Shown here in pieces: positions 51,031-54,665 of a stretch of 54,665 nt of DNA (position 1 is the first letter of the stretch; each line of letters begins with the position of its first letter). Source of the DNA: Phyllobates terribilis. Taxonomy: Eukaryota. The notes under the pieces were generated by a model, which was not told the origin of the DNA, did no database searches, and saw only the letters and a program-made list of their open reading frames with translations. The translations under genes and the position numbers were made by a program. The stretch spans positions 1 to 54,665 of the forward strand of contig NW_027367813.1 of the NCBI RefSeq assembly GCF_046119375.1, written 5' to 3'.

Positions 51031-51436
51031 GTGTTTCAATTAAGATATGTTGCTCTAAACATTTCACTGTTATAATTCAATTGAATGACTGATCAAGTTC
51101 TTCTATTGATTTCAACTGCGAATATGCAGGCTAAGTGCTTCATGACATTTCCTTCATGTGCTCCTAACGTCTTCTTCATCATTGATTCATCTCTACTTCT
51201 CAATTTACGGGTAAAAGGAGAGTCAAATATAATTTCAAGTAAGTGTTTCAAGTGAGACATGTTGCTCTCAACATTTCACTACTATAGTTCCAATTAACGG
51301 CTGATCAAGTTCTCCATTGATTTCAACTGTGAATATGCAGGCTAAGTGCTTCATTACATTTCCTTCATCTTAACATCTCCTTCACAATTGATTCATCTCT
51401 ACTTCTCACTTTATGGGTGAAAGGAGAAGCAAATAT
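51031..51436 (+). repeat. Two ~212-bp tandem copies
   Basis: gtgtttcaa...ctgatcaagtt...gaatatgcaggctaagtgcttca...aaaggaga starting at 51031 and 51243. Confidence 0.85.
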
Positions 51437-52243
51437 ATCATATATATTATAAAGCACGAGAACTTATAATTGGTGCAATTGAGTATACTAAATCAATTGA
51501 TATATGCTCTGTTGGTTGTGTGATTGCTGAATAGATATTTTGATTCTTTATTTTATTTTTGCCCTTTTACGTTAAAAATTGACAAATTTATTTTCTTTTT
51601 TGTCAGGCTCTTTTCAGAGTTAATCAACTTGTGGAGATCATTATAGTAAACTTCTTTGTACTAGAAGTTTCGCAAAAAAGCATACATTTTTTAAGTTGAC
51701 ACAAATTATGTGATTAATTAAGAGATTGTACTCATTCTAAATAGTATTAGGTATTAGGTTCCCTCAGATCAAAACTCATCCTTGACACAAGGTATGATAT
51801 TTATATATTACAATTTTTGAAAATCTCATGATATTAATAATGTAGTACAATTTCAAATGCACAATACAACTAAAGATTTTATTGGTGATTCAGCTATAGT
51901 TCGAGAAGATGCATAATAATAAGGTTCTCATAGTTTATTCACTTGTTAATATAATTTTTAATGCCTTTTTTTATATGTAATAGGGTCCATGATTCTCCTA
52001 GAGTTCCCCCTCTTGATGAGTTTTATTTAGTAAGATTACATCAATAGAAACATAATAGATGCATACAAAGTTACAAATCAATAGTAATACTAGATAATAC
52101 AACTCAAGTAGAGCAAAAAAAAATACATACAAGCCATAATAGTAATCTACTAATCTTTACTATACATGGATGAAAACTATAGATATATTAATGAAATATA
52201 TTACATTCTATCCGATATCTTTGTATAACAATAACTCAATACG

Positions 52244-52451
52244 GGCCCCATCGGAGATAGTAGAGCGGTAAGTGAGGAGTAGATCTCCGAGGTGTGCAAT
52301 ATTCCACCGTGGGTTCGAAACTCATAAGCTGCATAAATTGCGTTGTTTCCTGATTTACCCATGTTAAGGAGTGATGTGCTAGTTGAATTAGCGTGGGGAT
52401 TAGTGGGCTCACTAGTAGCGGCCCGACACCCTCGATAGCCCCGATAAAAAA
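52244..52451 (+). mobile_element. tRNA-derived SINE, full length
   Basis: Box A-like gatagtagagcggt, box B-like gggttcgaaactc, 3' ggggattagtgggc...ggcccgacacc, oligo-A tail, 11-bp TSD aactcaatacg (52233-52243, 52452-52462). Confidence 0.85.
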
Positions 52452-53059
52452 AACTCAATACGACAAATATTATTAGGGATAAACGCATATCATATGAAAT
52501 AGGATTCACTTAATACAAGAAATACAAAATATACCAGAGCACGGGTAAGTATAACCTAGTACATTTAAGTTTTAGGGAGGCATCTTAATACATATAAAGA
52601 TTAGGGGGACTTTGAAATCTTAAATGTAAATTTGCAATTTCATTACTCCTCCATTGAAGACCCATTTTCACCCATTTTTAATTTCCCTTACCTTTGAATA
52701 TAGCCTTGGCATCATTAATATCCTCCTTATTGTTTGGCATCATTAACCTCTAGAATTCCTATTACTCGGTCCAATTTGGTTAGCCCAATAGCCCAACCCC
52801 TCCTCCTTAGCCTATAAATAGAGACATTCTTCATTGTGCAAGAATATCTCCCTCTCTTCCTCTCTTCATCTCTCTTCCTCTCTCTTTAGAAGTATGCTCT
52901 GTAGTTGCCCACATACGGGATCCTCTACATCAGAAACTTGATTTTCTTCTTAGATCTAAATCGATTTGAGAAGTATGCCCTCAAACTCAACTTGGGTTTT
53001 GTTTAATTTTCCCCAGTTGCCCTTATTTTCTTTAATCATCTTTTTGGAAATAAGTGTGA

Positions 53060-54050
53060 AAGAAAAACTAAAATCTCTCACATAAAATGAAAATTGCATT
53101 AGCCTTCCACTCAATTAGGAAAGATAAATTCCTTCCGATTCGGAGCTCGAAATTGGCATTTTCGTTTTATCGATAAATTGAAGAAGGCCTTGGCTGTGGA
53201 GCTGAGTGAACTCTCTTGTCCAACATTGTTTTTTTTACGCCTGTGGAGCTTAGCTTCTTTTTAGTCAAATTAAGTAAATTAAGCTTCACGTCCCTTTGAA
53301 TTCCAAGAGTCCACATAATTCACTTCATCCTTTATTACTATTAAATAAAAATCATTTTTTATTCTGAAACCGCATTGAACCTTTGCTCTTTCTATAAACT
53401 AAAATCTCTTACATAAAATGAAAATTGCATTAGCCTTCTACTCAATTAGGAAAGATAAATAGTCAAATTAAGTAAATTAAGCTTCACGTCCATTTGAATC
53501 CAAGAGTCTACGTAATTCACTTCTTATTCTGAAACCGCATTGAACCTTTGCTTTTTCTATATTCCGACCCTTCTTTGCACAAGTCAAAGCATCACCTCCA
53601 TTGCTCTATAAATAAATAAATGAACACCCACATACAGTTCTATAAGAGAGCCCATCACCATGAATCTATACATCATATCATAATCCTTATAAAGTTGGGT
53701 TTTTGTAAGCATATTTCTCAACATGCCCTTATTTCCATTATTGATCATTTTTGAAGTAAATGCGAAAGAAAAAAAAGAAGAAAAACTCTCAAATAAAATA
53801 GAAGTTGTATTAACCCTCTACCTGATTATGGAAGATAAATAGTCAAATTAATTAAATTTAACTTCACGTCTCTGTGAATTCCAAAACTCCGCGTAATTCA
53901 TTTCATATCCTTTAGTACAATTAAATATTCTCATTCTCAAAACCGCCTTAAACCTTTTTCTTTTTATGTTTCGACCCTTCTTTGCAGAAGTCAAAGCATA
54001 ACCTCTATCACTCTATAAATATAGAAATGAATGCACGTATGCAGTCCCAT
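53060..54050 (+). repeat. Locally triplicated, shuffled modules
   Basis: tagtcaaatta..ttcacgtc...taattca at ~53262, ~53460, ~53840; aaaatctc..acataaaatgaaaattgcattagcc at ~53070 and ~53401; cgacccttctttgca...ctctataaat at ~53564 and ~53972. Confidence 0.8.
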
Positions 54051-54253
54051 AAAGTTGATAGATTACACAAAATGAAAAACACATAAAAAATGACAAATAT
54101 ATATGAAAAATGAAAAAACTAAATTTATTATATTAGGATATGATTAGGATCAGAACTAGAATTAGGAAGGATTAGGATAGTGTACTACCGAAAAGATATC
54201 AAATTCAAGTAATACACATTTATCTGACACATTTTGTACTCATTAATGTATTA

Positions 54254-54464
54254 TTTTTTTGTCGAGAGTAGTGTTGAGAGTGTCGGACCGCTACTAGCGA
54301 GTCCACTAATCCCCCGGCTAAGACAACTAGCCCATCACTCATTAGCATGGTTAAATTAGGAAACAACGCAATATACGCAACTCACGAGTTCCGAATCCGC
54401 GATGGAATATTACACACTTTGGAAATGTACTTCTCATTTACCACTCTGCTATCACCACAGGGTT
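54254..54464 (-). mobile_element. tRNA-derived SINE, same family as 52244-52451
   Basis: Reverse complement aligns along the whole first copy (gatagcagagtggt, ggattcggaactc, ggggattagtggactcgctagtagcggtccgacact, oligo-A); imperfect TSD attaat(g/a)tat. Confidence 0.8.
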
Positions 54465-54665
54465 ATTATTAATATATCATTACTTAATTAGTAATTACTA
54501 CAAATAGTTTTAGTAGTAGGGTACGAATTACGTGACAATAAAATGTATCTATAACTTAGGTTTGTTTGATATGAATCCCACCGTCGGAACATTGAGTATT
54601 AAATTACACGGAAAATTGGTTGTCTGTCAAATTTTACAAAATAAAAGGTGGTTCTGTAAAACACC

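Larger units (their letters stand above)
50001..52559 (+). mobile_element. Probable non-autonomous Helitron
   Basis: A|TCTAATATACTATAAAA at 50001 and gcacgggtaagtataacCTAG|T at 52559 (AT target, no TSD). The 3' hairpin is only half recognisable; AT-rich interior with tandem duplications. Confidence 0.5.

Noticed and set aside
52244-52330. tRNA gene
   Set aside because: Has A/B boxes but no convincing cloverleaf; it continues into a SINE body, oligo-A tail and TSD.
52201-52509. 102-aa minus-strand ORF
   Set aside because: Runs antisense across the SINE with no homology signal.

Overview
Plant (eudicot-type) nuclear DNA in three zones. (1) 1-25.3 kb is a nested retrotransposon block. It holds a full-length but mutated Sirevirus-type Ty1/copia element (B, 7298-17077; gag, pol, env-like ORF, 5-bp TSD) inserted in the 3' LTR of a gag-only non-autonomous element (A, 7236-23441), a second deleted relative of A (A', 1-4721), a third Sirevirus LTR, an Athila-like LTR, an L1 LINE 3' fragment and a solo LTR of family B. 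(2) 26.4-42.5 kb is a gene island with three apparently intact intron-containing genes: coatomer gamma subunit (+, 18 exons, 884 aa), a GH17+X8 beta-1,3-glucanase (-, 6 exons, 499 aa) and cyclase-associated protein CAP1 (-, 10 exons, 472 aa), plus Stowaway MITEs and a SINE fragment. (3) 43.3-54.7 kb holds a 6.5-kb Mutator-like element (TIRs, 10-bp TSD), a probable non-autonomous Helitron, two SINEs and local duplications. The MULE has no transposase but carries a decayed gene fusing a DUF1985/PMD-like domain to a Ulp1-like domain lacking its catalytic residues. Best lead: four phased 22-bp CATGAACC/CATGTTCC arrays lie in three introns and the 3' region of that MULE gene, resembling the VANC/VANDAL sequence-specific anti-silencing layout. 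Second lead: a microsatellite-encoded WWWWCCCCCC tail on the glucanase. All alignments, exon calls and family assignments were made by eye; no database searches were run.
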